DNA of 43,531 nucleotides from contig NC_068994.1 of assembly GCF_001194135.2 (NCBI RefSeq), forward strand, positions 54,655,593-54,699,123, read 5' to 3'. The notes below the pieces were generated by a model, which saw only the letters and a program-made list of their open reading frames with translations, did not search any database and had not been told where the DNA came from. The number at the start of each line of letters is the position of its first letter. The first letter of the stretch is position 1. Positions 9,640 through 21,734 of the stretch are shown in pieces. The DNA is from Octopus bimaculoides. Its lineage: Eukaryota. The translations under genes and the position numbers were made by a program.

Positions 9640-10910
9640 TTCTCAATGACCATACCTTCTAACAATGATTATACCTTCTCACAAAAAAGTGAGTCTACGA
9701 CTTCGAAACAGATGATACAAGAAAGGATCGAATGGAAATCAATAAAGAAGCGTTCTCAATCAAAGAAAGAAGCAGGGACAAATACTAAAGAAATGAAACA
9801 ACAAAAAGACAAACGTATCCAAAATCAAAGAATGCATAAAACTAGAAGTTCTTTCTAAATGGCAAAGAATATGTCGCAATAAAAAGCGACAAAGATTCTT
9901 TGAAGAAAACAAAAAATTCGACTCCAGCCCGAAACGTTTTTATCAAGAATTTGATTAAAATTAAATAGAAATCAATTTAGCGCCAATGGCATGAGAAGTA
10001 GAAGAATTTTTGGAATGGACAGTTAAAGACTCATCACCGTGGGAGAGGTGGTTCACAACATCAAAGACAGCAAGCGAGCAATCTTGGGAAGCTTTCTCAA
10101 CACGAGAAGTGGCTCTGATGTTACAAACAGACAACCCACTTGAAGGACCCAGGACCTCATACTTCTGCTTCAAAAACGTTTAACAGAAGTATATGAAATG
10201 CAGGTTCACAAGATACAGGTTCCAACCAAAAGAAAATCTCCAACATATTACAGGTTGGCAAACGCCTGAACCGAAAACATACAATGTACGGTAACTGAAA
10301 ATAATATTCCGTAAAACATTAGCTCCGTGAAGACACTATTATCACCTGTCTAACTTCATTAACTTCATTAGCTAATTGGTATTGAAAGAACAACGTATTA
10401 AAGGACCCCTGCTAAGAGGAATACCATGTTAATCACTAAAACTAGGAAAAGGTAAACCTTAACAACAACAGACTAACAACTTGCCTTCCTACAAGTAAAA
10501 AGTCCTTAACCAAAATTATATCGTAAAAGATAAATAAAGATGTGAGAGGGAAAAAAACAACTTGTTTATAGCTAAAAAGATGTTGCACAGGTACATCTGA
10601 TGAAATATTCCAAAAAAGAAAAAAGGAAGAAAAAACAGCGGTCCGGTGTAGATACAACAAACCTGACAGGGGACAAAATCATGCATCATTGTAGAAGTCA
10701 ACTGCCCAGGAGATGTGAACAAATCGTCAACTGTTCGGGAAAAAGAGAGCATTTATGGCGACCTAACGTGACACTAAAAGCCCTTGCACGCTGGCTCTCC
10801 ATTTTCATTAGTACTTATGATCATAAGTACATTAGGCTATGTAACAATCGGTTTGAACAAAAAACAAAACCTAGAACTGCTATGATTTTCTAACACAGGG
10901 CACAGGAAAC
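9640..10910 (+). mobile_element. R4/Dong-like non-LTR retrotransposon relic with internal deletions, retaining the RLE domain
   Basis: Pre-RT motif KRQRFFEENKKFDSSPKRFYQEF..EVEEF; RT start NNRLTTCLPTSKKSLTKIIS (NYRPITCLPT) at about 10461; RLE domain NKPD...SCIIVEVNCPGDVN...EKESIYGDL...IISTLGYV from 10656. Many stops and frameshifts. Confidence 0.75.
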
Positions 10911-11484
10911 GGACGCACATCTTCCAAATGCAATCTATTAGCGGCAAAATAAAAATTTGTTAGGTTTTTATTGAATATATGCACACACTTGCTTCTGTGT
11001 GACTATTAAGTCATTGCAAACACTCTCACACACACACACAGACACAAATATACACAAACTTAAAGACTGACACGCACAAAACCGAAACACTAAAGAGATA
11101 TGTTCACACAGAACATAAATGCAGGTACATAAAACTGCATATATATGCACACACTATTTCGACCACATATTTACAAAACTCGGTAACTGTCTTCACTCAA
11201 AAAGTTTTGTCGCTTTGTTAGTGACCGGCTTGAACTCCATTAAGAAGAGCATAAATCAGTTTCAAAGAAAATATACACACGTATACATATATGCATGCAT
11301 ATATATATATATANNNNNNNNNNNNNNNNNNNNNNNNNNNNNNNNNNNNNNNNNNNNNNNNNNNNNNNNNNNNNNNNNNNNNNNNNNNNNNNNNNNNNNN
11401 NNNNNNNNNNNNNCACATGCTAACATACATACATGACATGCATACTCTCTCTCTCTCTCTCTCTCGTTCTCCCTCTCTTTTACT

Positions 11485-11598
11485 CTTTTACTTGTTTCAG
11501 TCATTTGACTGCCGCCATGCTGGAGCACCGCCTTTACTTGAGAAAATAGACTCCAGGACTTATTCTTTGTAAGCCTAGTACTTATTCTATCGGTCTCA
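11485..11598 (-). mobile_element. SINE family A, 3' fragment
   Basis: CTTGTTTCAGTCATTTGACTGCCGCCATGCTGGAGCACCGCC...GTAAGCCTAGTACTTATTCTATCGGTCTC is the reverse complement of 39600-39850. Confidence 0.8.
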
Positions 11599-11779
11599 TT
11601 CTGTATATATGTATATATATATATTGTATATATGTATATATGTATGCGTATGTATGTATGTATATATATATACATATATATACATATGTAGATAGATTGA
11701 CAGTCAGACGGACAGATATAGATAATGCGCTTTTCACTCTTATTTCCTTTCATTGTAGTTCTTTTGCAACATCACTTTC

Positions 11780-11795
11780 CTTTACCACCTCTTCT

Positions 11796-11827
<32 letters not shown>

Positions 11828-11846
11828 GTATCTATCTATCTATTAA

Positions 11847-11898
<52 letters not shown>

Positions 11899-12065
11899 GC
11901 TCTTTCTCACTCCAAGTTATTCTACTTTTCACTCGATACTTCTTTTTCTTATCTTCGACTCATTCTCGATTTCTTTTTACTCTGTTTTCCCCTCCTTTTT
12001 CCTATCTTCCCTTTTTTCTCCCTTTTATTCTATTCTCTCTCCCTTCCCTTCTCTATCTTTCTTCC

Positions 12066-12114
<49 letters not shown>

Positions 12115-12130
12115 AGTATTTCTTCTCTTA
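11780..12130. repeat. (CT)n-rich polypyrimidine tract
   Basis: Direct reading. Confidence 0.85.
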
Positions 12131-13829
12131 CTCTTTCTATTGTATCACTCGTCAACATGGCGATGCGATAAGTAACTCTTTATCAATTTAAATAATTCCC
12201 TTTCGGAGCATTTTTTTTTTCTCTGACCAAATAGTGCAACAATAGAATTTTAACACATTTCTTGTTAATTTTATTGATACTGCGAAAACCACTTCAATCA
12301 AACGTCACACGACAGATTCAAGTCATTTTTGTGAGGCAGAAATGTGCGTCTGAAAGCGTCGTCTGCCTCAGTGAAAGGCGGGAGGATTTGTTGAAGAGCG
12401 TCGTCTGCTTAGGGAAATTTCTCTCACAAAATTATTTTTGTTGTAATCAATTTGAAGTGGCACAGCAGAAGCGAATAAAATCACAAAAAATAATAAAATT
12501 AAAATGGAAAAAGAAAAAAAGAAAAAAATTGAAAATACAGTGAAGAAAAGAAAAAGGAAAGAAAGAGAAAGAGAAGGTAAAAGAATGGGTGAAATATTCT
12601 GAAGAGAACGGGAGTGGGGTGATGCAAAGAAACAAACAAGAAGAAGGGTAAGGAAACTTGAGGGTGAAGGGATAAGGTAGAGGTTTAAAGAGATAAAGTA
12701 GGAGGGGAGAGGATGTAAAAAAAGAAAGAAAAAAAGACAGACAGATAGATAGATAGATAGATAGATAGATTATGAAAGAAGAGTGTGGAGAAAGAGATAG
12801 AAATGTAGTATAAATAAGGTTTCTTTTTCATTTGGTAGAGGTCGCTATAAGCAGTATTCATTAAAAAAAAGATACCATTGCAAGGCTTCGCTTGAAGTAT
12901 GACGTTTGAGAGAGTGTTCACTGTTGACGAGTGTGAGTGAAGGAGCGAGTATGAATGGCACGAGGAGTTGGTTGTTTACACTGTACCTGAGTCTATGAAT
13001 GTGGATACGAGGTTGTGGATATCTGTGCGTGTGTGTGTATGTGTGCGAGTGTGAGAGAGAGAGACAGACAGACAGAGATAGACAAACAGGAAAACAGATA
13101 GACAGTGGGTGAGCCTATGTATCTTAATAAACGTACTTAAACGTGAGAATGTGTGAAAGAAATATTGAATGAATAATAATTTGTTGTATTTGAACATTGT
13201 TATGTGAATGAATTTGTCGGGAAATGGCTGATTACTCGGGGCTATATTTTCAGAACCATACTTTTTAACGAAAGGTATTCATTCTATCTAATTTAATGGC
13301 GCCGATTTCATATCATTTCTTAGAATTTACATGTAACATCAAGTTTTTCAGAAACGCATTTTCAAATTTTAGGTTCATAGAACATTCTCACTTCAGTAAA
13401 ACAAAATTTAAACATGCGAGATATAATATCGTGTATTGCCATTTTAGATGTTTTATTGAAATATCTAGCCCTTTTCACCTACATTTTGGGTCCAAATTTT
13501 ATGAAAATTACATGTATTTTTAAAACGCTTACCTGGAAAATATGGTATATTTTATTACATATACGTAGTCATTCCTGCATTACTCAGCCATGAGAAGGGA
13601 ATAATAAAATGCGTCAAATATCACAAAAATGGCGTTATGGCGTTCGTAATGGTAAACAATACGATATTTTAGGGGGAAACTATATCGCTCTGCCAATAAG
13701 TTCCAGCTGTCTCATGATAATCTGACGTCTGAAGGTGTAAAATAACCATATAAACGAAGTTGGTTCTCAAGTAAACTGTTAAAGGGTGCTGCTTCCAATT
13801 CTTGGGATGCTGAACAAAAACCACAGCTG

Positions 13830-13870
<41 letters not shown>

Positions 13871-14322
13871 NNNNNNNNNNNNNNNNNNNNNNNNNNNNNN
13901 NNNNNNNNNNNNNNNNNNNNNNNNNNNNNNNNNNNNNNNNNNNNNNNNNNNNNNNNNNNNNNNNNNNNNNNNNNNNNNNNNNNNNNNNNNNNNNNNNNNN
14001 NNNNNNNNNNNNNNNNNNNNNNNNNNNNNNNNNNNNNNNNNNNNNNNNNNNNNNNNNNNNNNNNNNNNNNNNNNNNNNNNNNNNNNNNNNNNNNNNNNNN
14101 NNNNNNNNNNNNNNNNNNNNNNNNNNNNNNNNNNNNNNNNNNNNNNNNNNNNNNNNNNNNNNNNNNNNNNNNNNNNNNNNNNNNNNNNNNNNNNNNNNNN
14201 NNNNNNNNNNNNNNNNNNNNNNNNNNNNNNNNNNNNNNNNNNNNNNNNNNNNNNNNNNNNNNNNNNNNNNNNNNNNNNNNNNNNNNNNNNNNNNNNNNNN
14301 NNNNNNNNNNNNNNNNNNNNNN

Positions 14323-14377
<55 letters not shown>

Positions 14378-14494
14378 CATACATATATATATATACTTAG
14401 ATAGATATATTTATATATATGTATATATACATATATTGATAGATAGATAAATAGATAGATGTACACACATGCATATATATATGTATGTATATAG

Positions 14495-14535
<41 letters not shown>

Positions 14536-14680
14536 GTACGTTGTGCATATTACATATAAATGTATGTATGTATGTGTGCATGCATGCATGTATGCATGTA
14601 TATATGTATGTATGTATGTGTGTGTGTGTATGTATGTATAAATGTATGTATGTATGTGTGTGTGTATGTATGTATGTATG
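14323..14680. repeat. (TA)n/(TATG)n/(TG)n compound microsatellite
   Basis: Direct reading. Confidence 0.9.
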
Positions 14681-15880
14681 ATGGTAACGTTTTACTTTGA
14701 TCTTCCCTAACAGCCCTTTATTTGGCACTAAATTGCCTAAATGGTGGTGGGGAGAAAACGTATTTTTATATTCATATCACATCTTAGTGTATGGGAGGAA
14801 ATAAATGATTTAATAAATAGATCTTCATACATAATTTTCATCTTCAAATTTGTTATCCAAAACTTTTTTCACATTGAATGCTATCCAAGCATTTTTCTTA
14901 ACAGTTTAAATAAACTCATAAATATCTTATCTCTCATTAATGTTCTTATCTGAGCACCATTTAACATACATGCCTTGCATTTCTCTTGTTTTAGAGTAAA
15001 ACAATTTCTACAATCATATTTAAAAGAGTTAGCTATCTTATCTAAAACTTAAACAAACTGTTACCTCAAAGCGAGATTGACATAAAGTTCTGGGTGCAAA
15101 ATATTTTTTGTTTAAGTGGGGAGATGTTCCTGGTTTTTACTGAGCCAATGTTCTATGCTTTCCGACATAAAAATATTTTCTTTCACGTGATTTATTTCTC
15201 AGTGAGGGGGGAAGAATTTTTTTTCCAGCTTAATTGTTCCATAAACACAGATAACAATGAAAGTTAATGTAGCCGCTTTGTTGGACAAGCGGCATACAAA
15301 TCACTTTCAAATCTCTACAAATCTAATTCTGTTTGAAGTATTTTAGTGGGGTTTTTTTTTCAATATCACTTTCACGGTTTCTTAACTTTCTTTAAAATGT
15401 ACCGAGTGGCCACTATCCCATAATTCAACAAAATACACATTGAACTGACATTTGAGTTGTTAATGAAAACTCATCGTTCGTCTAATTTTTATTGACATCC
15501 CATTACATTTAACAAATCAGTAAACATCAGACTGTAACAGCTTTTTCATTATGTCGATGAAAATGAATTTTTTCCGAAGCATGAGTCTCTATAATTCGTC
15601 TGGTATCTTTGGAAGATCAAAAATGCACACTCAGTCATTTAATTCAGAACGGTTTAAGGATATTGGTGTTTATGTATTTAGAAGGTTGCGTTTTAACCCC
15701 CATACTCCGCTCTTGATATGCAGCAATCGTGTTTATCGACGACACTTCAGAACAGTGATGTCATATGACCGATGGTTATCTGTCTTATGAGTTAGGCTTG
15801 GAGCTATGTCCAGAAATATCAAACATACTCAAGCAACAATCTTCAGGATGGTTTATTGATTCTATCCAGGGTCTATCCAG

Positions 15881-16322
15881 CCCCCCTCCTCGGAACTTTC
15901 CAGGAAGTAATTCTTCCACTTCCTCCCCTTCCTCGGAACTTTCCAGGTAGTAATTCGTCCCATCCCTCCCCTTCCTTGGAACTTTCCAGGAAGTAAATCT
16001 TCCCCCTCCTCGGAACATTCCAGGAAGTAATTCCTCCCCTCCTCCCCTTCCTTGGAACTTTCAAGAAAGGAATTCCTCCCAATCCATTTTCCTTGGAACT
16101 TTCCAGGAAATAATTCCTTCCCCTGCTCGGAACATTCCAGGAAGTAATTCTTCCCCTCCTCCCTTTCCAGGAAGTAATTCGCCCCTCCTCGGAACTTTCC
16201 AGGAAGTAATTCCCCTCGGAAATGTCCAGGAAGGAATTACTCCCCTCCTCGGAAATTTCCGGGAAGTAATTCTTCCCCTCCTCCCCTTCCTTCGAACTTT
16301 CCAGGAAGTAATTCCTCCTCCT
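15881..16322. repeat. Minisatellite with conserved core GGAACTTTCCAGGAAGTAATTC and variable (C/T)-rich spacer
   Basis: About a dozen imperfect 25-45 bp units; the same unit recurs at 30988-31038. Confidence 0.9.
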
Positions 16323-16410
16323 GCCATTTTTCACGCGAATCTACCCAGCCGTTTGGCCGTGAAACTCGAGACATGAATACAACGGTCGCCCATGTTCAAT
16401 TTATATTATA
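16323..16410 (-). mobile_element. Putative non-autonomous Helitron-like terminal segment, copy 1, abutting the minisatellite
   Basis: GCCATTTTTCACGCGAAT..CCCAGCCGTTTGGCCGTGAA.CTCGAGACA...GCCCATGTTCAATTTATATTATA is shared with 33784-33877. Class is inferred from the A|TCTATAATATAAA end of copy 2. Confidence 0.45.
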
Positions 16411-16436
16411 TATATGTGTGTGTGTGTATGTGTGTG

Positions 16437-16472
<36 letters not shown>

Positions 16473-17059
16473 CAAAGATATTAATTGGAAGGGTGTCTAC
16501 AAGTGGCACGTTTTCATACGCGGAATATTATTGAACTCTGGTTGATTGATTGCTCAGAGTAAGCTTATCCGTGATAGGTCAGCAATTGAAGTAGGATTGT
16601 TGCTCTATAGTAACTGTTGTTATGTTACAATTAATGGAGCTATACGCGAATTTTTACATATATGTCTTTTTTTTTAATGATTCTGCATTTTTTCCTGTTG
16701 TTCGTTAATGATTCTTTCCATAGTTCGTTGAAATTAAATTTTCTCTTCATTTATTAAAAATGTTTCTACAAGACTCTCTAAATGCATTTATTCAATATTG
16801 CAAGTGTCTTATCTGTGCTAATTAAGTAAATAATTATTTAATTACTTCATTTATTTCTGTAGTTTCTTAAAATTTTAATTTCTTATTAATTACAACTTTT
16901 ATTTGATGTCGTTAAAATTCCTATCGAACAACATCAACATCAATGACACTCCAATCGTGACCATGCCACCTCTTTTACTCAGGTACACTGTCTCCACATT
17001 ATTCATTGTGTTCTTCCATTTTTAAGACTGTAAGGATGTAATTTCGAGCAAGATTTAAC

Positions 17060-17243
17060 TGTGATTTCTAGCTCTCGGCATCTCGTCCGTCTTTACTTTC
17101 TAAGTTCATATTTCGCCGAAGTCGACTTTGCCTTTCATCTCGGTGTTGGTAAGATGAGTACCAGTTGAGAATTGGGGGTCGATGCAATCGACTTACTCCC
17201 ATCCTTAAAATTGCTGGCATTGTGTCAAAATTTGAAACCAATA
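17060..17243 (+). mobile_element. SINE family B copy, 5' decayed
   Basis: CGCCGAAGTCGACTTTGCCTTTCATC...AGTACCAG...GGGGTCGATGCAATCGACTTACTCCC...AAATTTGAAACCAATA is the reverse complement of 8712-8870. Confidence 0.8.
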
Positions 17244-19279
17244 TTTTCTAGAAGTCAAATTAGTATTAATATACTGAATGCAGTGACCATTAGATCTTTA
17301 ATTACTTTAGGTTTTAATCATTGCAGTTAAATATTTATTTCAGTTGTATCAGCAATTAAGTTTCATCATTATAGAGCTTCTCAGCAAAGCATAGACTGCA
17401 CAGTACTTACGAAATCGTAATGATAAAGCAAAGTAAATATATAATATGTATATTGGCTAGCGAAGAAGTTTCAGAAAATAACTTACAATCAGAAATTACT
17501 CAGAGACATCATCTGCATAAAAACAAAATAGTCAAAGTAGTACAACATTAGGCAGCGAGCATAAAGAAGCTAATTAGAAATAATTATGCGTTGTGTGGAA
17601 AAAAGGCAATGTATCAAGATACGCACTAGATTTGACAATAAAGAACTAGGGTGTAATTAGGGGCCATTGACCTTTTCGTGAAAATTAGCGCAAAATGGGT
17701 GTAGTTAAAAAAGTTTCGCTTTGCAACCATTGAGTATGCAAAGATATAAACATACATGCATGTGTACGTATGTACCGACATATGCACACTCACACATGCA
17801 CACACACACACACACGTATTCATATAAACGTGTATATGTCTGTATGTACGTATGCATGTATGCATATCAACCTACATCAAACATATATATATATATATAC
17901 TTACATATAAGAGACCAAAGTGTACGTACGCCGCTATATTTTTATATATAAAAAATACAAAAATTGGGACAAGAACGCGAAACATCCAGACAGTTAGGTG
18001 ATACAAAAAAGGGACAACAAAACATCCAGACAGACGATAGAAAGAAAACAAGGACGGGTCATTCGGAGTTTTCTTTCCTCAGTCGAGTTCCAGATTATCT
18101 TTGCAATTTNNNNNNNNNNNNNNNNNNNNNNNNNNNNNNNNNNNNNNNNNNNNNNNNNNNNNNNNNNNNNNNNNNNNNNNNNNNNNNNNNNNNNNNNNNN
18201 NNNNNNNNNNNNNNNNNNNNNNNNNNNNNNNNNNNNNNNNNNNNNNNNNNNNNNNNNNNNNNNNNNNNNNNNNNNNNNNNNNNNNNNNNNNNNNNNNNNN
18301 NNNNNNNNNNNNNNNNNNNNNNNNNNNNNNNNNNNNNNNNNNNNNNNNNNNNNNNNNNNNNNNNNNNNNNNNNNNNNNNNNNNNNNNNNNNNNNNNNNNN
18401 NNNNNNNNNNNNNNNNNNNNNNNNNNNNNNNNNNNNNNNNNNNNNNNNNNNNNNNNNNNNNNNNNNNNNNNNNNNNNNNNNNNNNNNNNNNNNNNNNNNN
18501 NNNNNNNNNNNNNNNNNNNNNNNNNNNNNNNNATATATATATATATATATATATATATACTATATTATCACAAGGCTATTACTCAGTGTTTCACGTTCTC
18601 GTTTGTCGATATATGTGTGTCTATGTATGTGTGTGCGTAGAGAGAAAGAGAAAGAGAGAGAGAGAGAGGCAGACAGACAGACTTTTAGATAGATAGGGGC
18701 GCTACTACTTTTGTTGATTCTAAGGTAACAAACAAGCTTGCCTTACAACATACACAGGTATTCTTTACTGACCCATTAAACTTCGTTTGGCATGGGTATA
18801 TATTTACGTGTCTAAATGTGTGTATGCGCATGCATGCGTTTGTCGTTCCGTCACATATTTATCGTTTGCGTAATAAGTATAGTCGCCTTTTTTTTATTTA
18901 CTTTTCGCTTCTATTTTTTTATTATTTATATATCTGTGTCGTTATTTATTTGTTCTGACGATGTCGTTCGTGACTAGGACGTGTTCGATTTTAGCTAAGA
19001 CGGCAACACTAACAGCTACCCAGTTATCAACAACAGTGACAACAACAATAACCACAACTATAGAGATTTATGTCTCTTAGTAAAATATAGGGAAATAATT
19101 GTGTTTCATTATTCCTTACTCTAATAATGAAGCACACACTTCGAAGATACAAACAGCTAAACATTAAATTGTTTAATACAGTAACAAGATGTTTAACCAC
19201 ACACAAACACAAACATATATGTGTATACACAAACACAGACACACAGAGGCACCGACACACACAGACACACACACACACA

Positions 19280-19343
<64 letters not shown>

Positions 19344-19512
19344 ATATCACCCACATCATAAGCAGTTGTCAGAAAATATCATCACGGTATACGTATCTAC
19401 CGATGAGACATGATGCTGTAGCTAGGACACTTTATAATGAAATCCATCGGAACGTGTGTGTGTGTGTATGTGTGTGGTGTGTGTGTATGTGTGTGTGTGT
19501 GCGCGCGCGCCT

Positions 19513-19718
19513 TTGTGTCTCTATTTTTGCCCTATCGCCGCTTAACAACCGGTGTTGTGTTTACGTCCCTTTAATATAGCGGTTCGGCAAAGCGAGCGAT
19601 AAAATACTGAGCTTTAAAAAAATAAGTGCTGGGGTCGATTTGTTCGACTAAAACCCCTCAAGGCGGTGCTCCAGTTTGGCCTCAGTCAACTGACTGAAAC
19701 CTGTAAAAGAGTAAAAGA
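19513..19718 (+). mobile_element. SINE family A, 3' half
   Basis: TAGCGGTTCGGCAAAG...GTCGATTTGTTCGACTAAAACCCCTCAAGGCGGTGCTCCAG...GACTGAAAC...AAAAGAGTAAAAG. Confidence 0.85.
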
Positions 19719-20290
19719 ATTATCTCTAGTGTGAATCACGATTCTTATATATCAACACCAATCGAGAAAGGGTGATAGTCTCACAGACCAAGAATTTCTC
19801 CAAAGTTGACATCACATTAAGGAGATAAGAGGGCTGTCGTTACGCGTGTTTCTGCCTCCATAAGCATCGGCATCATTACGATTATTCTAACAATATATAC
19901 ACTGAGTATATTGTTCATCTCCGCGCGATAAAATAATGCAGAAGTTATACGATCTGACGATTAGCTAATCTTGTTTTGAGCACCTTACAACTTATGTAAC
20001 AAGTATCAGTTTCCTATGAAACGTTCGTAGACCGTCTTTTATCGGTTCCATTCTTTGCATTTTGGATTTTTATTCTCATTTTTGGTAACTTTACTCGCTT
20101 AATCTTTCAGTTGTAATGATGACTGTTAGCTTATTGAAATTCCTTTTAGTTTCACTATGGAACGAAGTGTGTGACTTCAGTTAATAAACTTGTTGTATCG
20201 CATACGGTTCACCTTTTGTCATCTATACGAGCCGCAAAAATTGTCGATGCTTACTAACTTCCTACATTTAGATCCTTGGATTGTACTTAG

Positions 20291-20324
<34 letters not shown>

Positions 20325-20328
<4 letters not shown>

Positions 20329-20475
20329 CTATTTCCCTCTACTTAGCTCTCTCATATTGTCTCTGATGAAGGGATATCTCTAATATCCCAGAAACAGTTG
20401 TAAGACTACCTTTCTCTTTATAAATGTCCTGTAAATTTCTACATAGCCTCGGCTTTGTTATCTCATTTTATTTAA
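20325..20475 (+). mobile_element. Probable Penelope-like pseudo-LTR fragment, second family
   Basis: Short unique segment between microsatellites, centred on the hammerhead at 20359-20406. Confidence 0.55.
20359..20406 (+). ncRNA. Minimal type I hammerhead ribozyme
   Basis: GUCU-CUGAUGA-A-GGGAUAU-cucua-AUAUCCC-A-GAA-ACAGUUGU-A^-AGAC. Stem I GUCU/AGAC, 7 bp stem II, near-palindromic stem III, GUA triplet. Confidence 0.8.
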
Positions 20476-20663
20476 CACATACACACACACACACACACAC
20501 ATATATACATATATATATATAAGTATATATATATGTATATAACGTGAGAGAGTTAGGGGTTGAGGGTTCAACCCACTAAGGGATAGTATCTATCCAGTAT
20601 ACTGAGCTATATATGTTTATATATATATATATATATTTATATATAGACAGAGAGTGAGAATAA

Positions 20664-20695
<32 letters not shown>

Positions 20696-21269
20696 GCATC
20701 TATATGTATATTTATGTGAGTGATTTTGTGTGTAGATGTGGGGGATGAGTGACTGTACGTGCATATCTGCGTGTGCATGTGTGCGTGCGTGCGTGCGTGA
20801 GTTTGTGTGTACGCATAAATTGATTTTATGAAGCCGTCGAAGAAGACAGCGCTTAAGATTGAAAGAAATCAAGAAATGGAATTGACAACTTCGTGTCTTG
20901 AGAATATCATGTTAATGCCATAACACGAGAAACGATTCTTAGAGTTTTTTTTTTTGGTTTATTTTTTCTTGTATTTCGATGCCAGACAAATCACATATGC
21001 GTGAGAGCGTGCACGCAAGCAAACACATACGGTTACACTCAATTGCGCATGCATATGGACACATACAAACACACGCTCGTGCTTACGTAAACACGCATTA
21101 TCACGCTCAGTGGCGCATACTTCCGCACATAACAGTGCTATACAGACACACGGACAAATGTTCACACGTTTACACAGACACACACGCACGTACGTGCGCG
21201 CGCAAAACACGGTTTCGCAGCCAAAATACACATAGTCACGCGAGCAAAAGCACGCACATGCAACGCACA

Positions 21270-21317
21270 CACACACACACACATACACACACACAAACAT
21301 GAGCATATATATATGTA

Positions 21318-21416
<99 letters not shown>

Positions 21417-21535
21417 ACAGTTATGTATGTATAGCTATTTATCAATCTATATATCTATATACATATATATTATTTACACACAGACACAGACACACACACA
21501 CACACGCACACACACACACACACACACATACACAC
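21270..21535. repeat. (CA)n/(TA)n/(TG)n compound microsatellite
   Basis: Direct reading. Confidence 0.9.
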
Positions 21536-21649
21536 ATCCTATACTTAGAAAGTTAAAGAAGTGATTTTAAATTCTCAAACGCAGGATTTTGCTAATAACA
21601 TAGCCTGAACAGGATAAGCTACCCCTATTTTGCAGAAAAAAGTGTTGGC

Positions 21650-21720
21650 GGCCGGCTATGAGACTCGAACTCACACCTCCGTGATTACGCGTCGCGGTGC
21701 ACTAAACCATTAAGCTAAAC
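21650..21720 (-). pseudogene. tRNA-Thr(CGT)-like pseudogene or SINE head
   Basis: Minus strand: TAGCTTAATGG (A box), anticodon arm CGCGA-cgCGTaa-TCACG, T arm GTGAG-TTCGAGT-CTCAT (B box), 3' acceptor AGCCGGC. The 5' acceptor strand is replaced by (ATGT)n and there is one C.A mismatch in the anticodon stem. Confidence 0.65.
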
Positions 21721-21734
21721 ATACATACATACAT

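Noticed and set aside
9897-9945. TTGAAGA...CCCGAAACGTT resembling a hammerhead
   Set aside because: No stem II or stem I pairing, and it is the coding sequence FFEENKKFDSSPKRFY of the R4/Dong relic.
13225-13660. Possible piggyBac-type MITE ending GCGTTATGGCGTTCGTAATGGTAAA
   Set aside because: No matching opposite TIR or TTAA duplication found.
15765-15880. SGWFIDSI, reminiscent of a Polinton/Maverick polymerase-associated motif
   Set aside because: A single 8-residue match; upstream frames do not support it and the ORF runs into the minisatellite.
15881-16322. Repeat-spacer look suggesting a CRISPR array
   Set aside because: Spacers are degenerate copies of one C/T-rich sequence and not unique, unit length varies, there are no cas genes and the context is eukaryotic.
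18045-18095. Minus-strand CTGAGGA...CCGAAT hammerhead-like string in a probable repeat
   Set aside because: GAAT instead of GAAA, only a 2 bp stem II, and no stem I or III.
19900-20260. Faint PLE RT-like words on the minus strand (RIDD, ETDTCYI)
   Set aside because: Needs many frameshifts and the motifs are too degraded to support by eye; it is also opposite in orientation to the nearby hammerhead.
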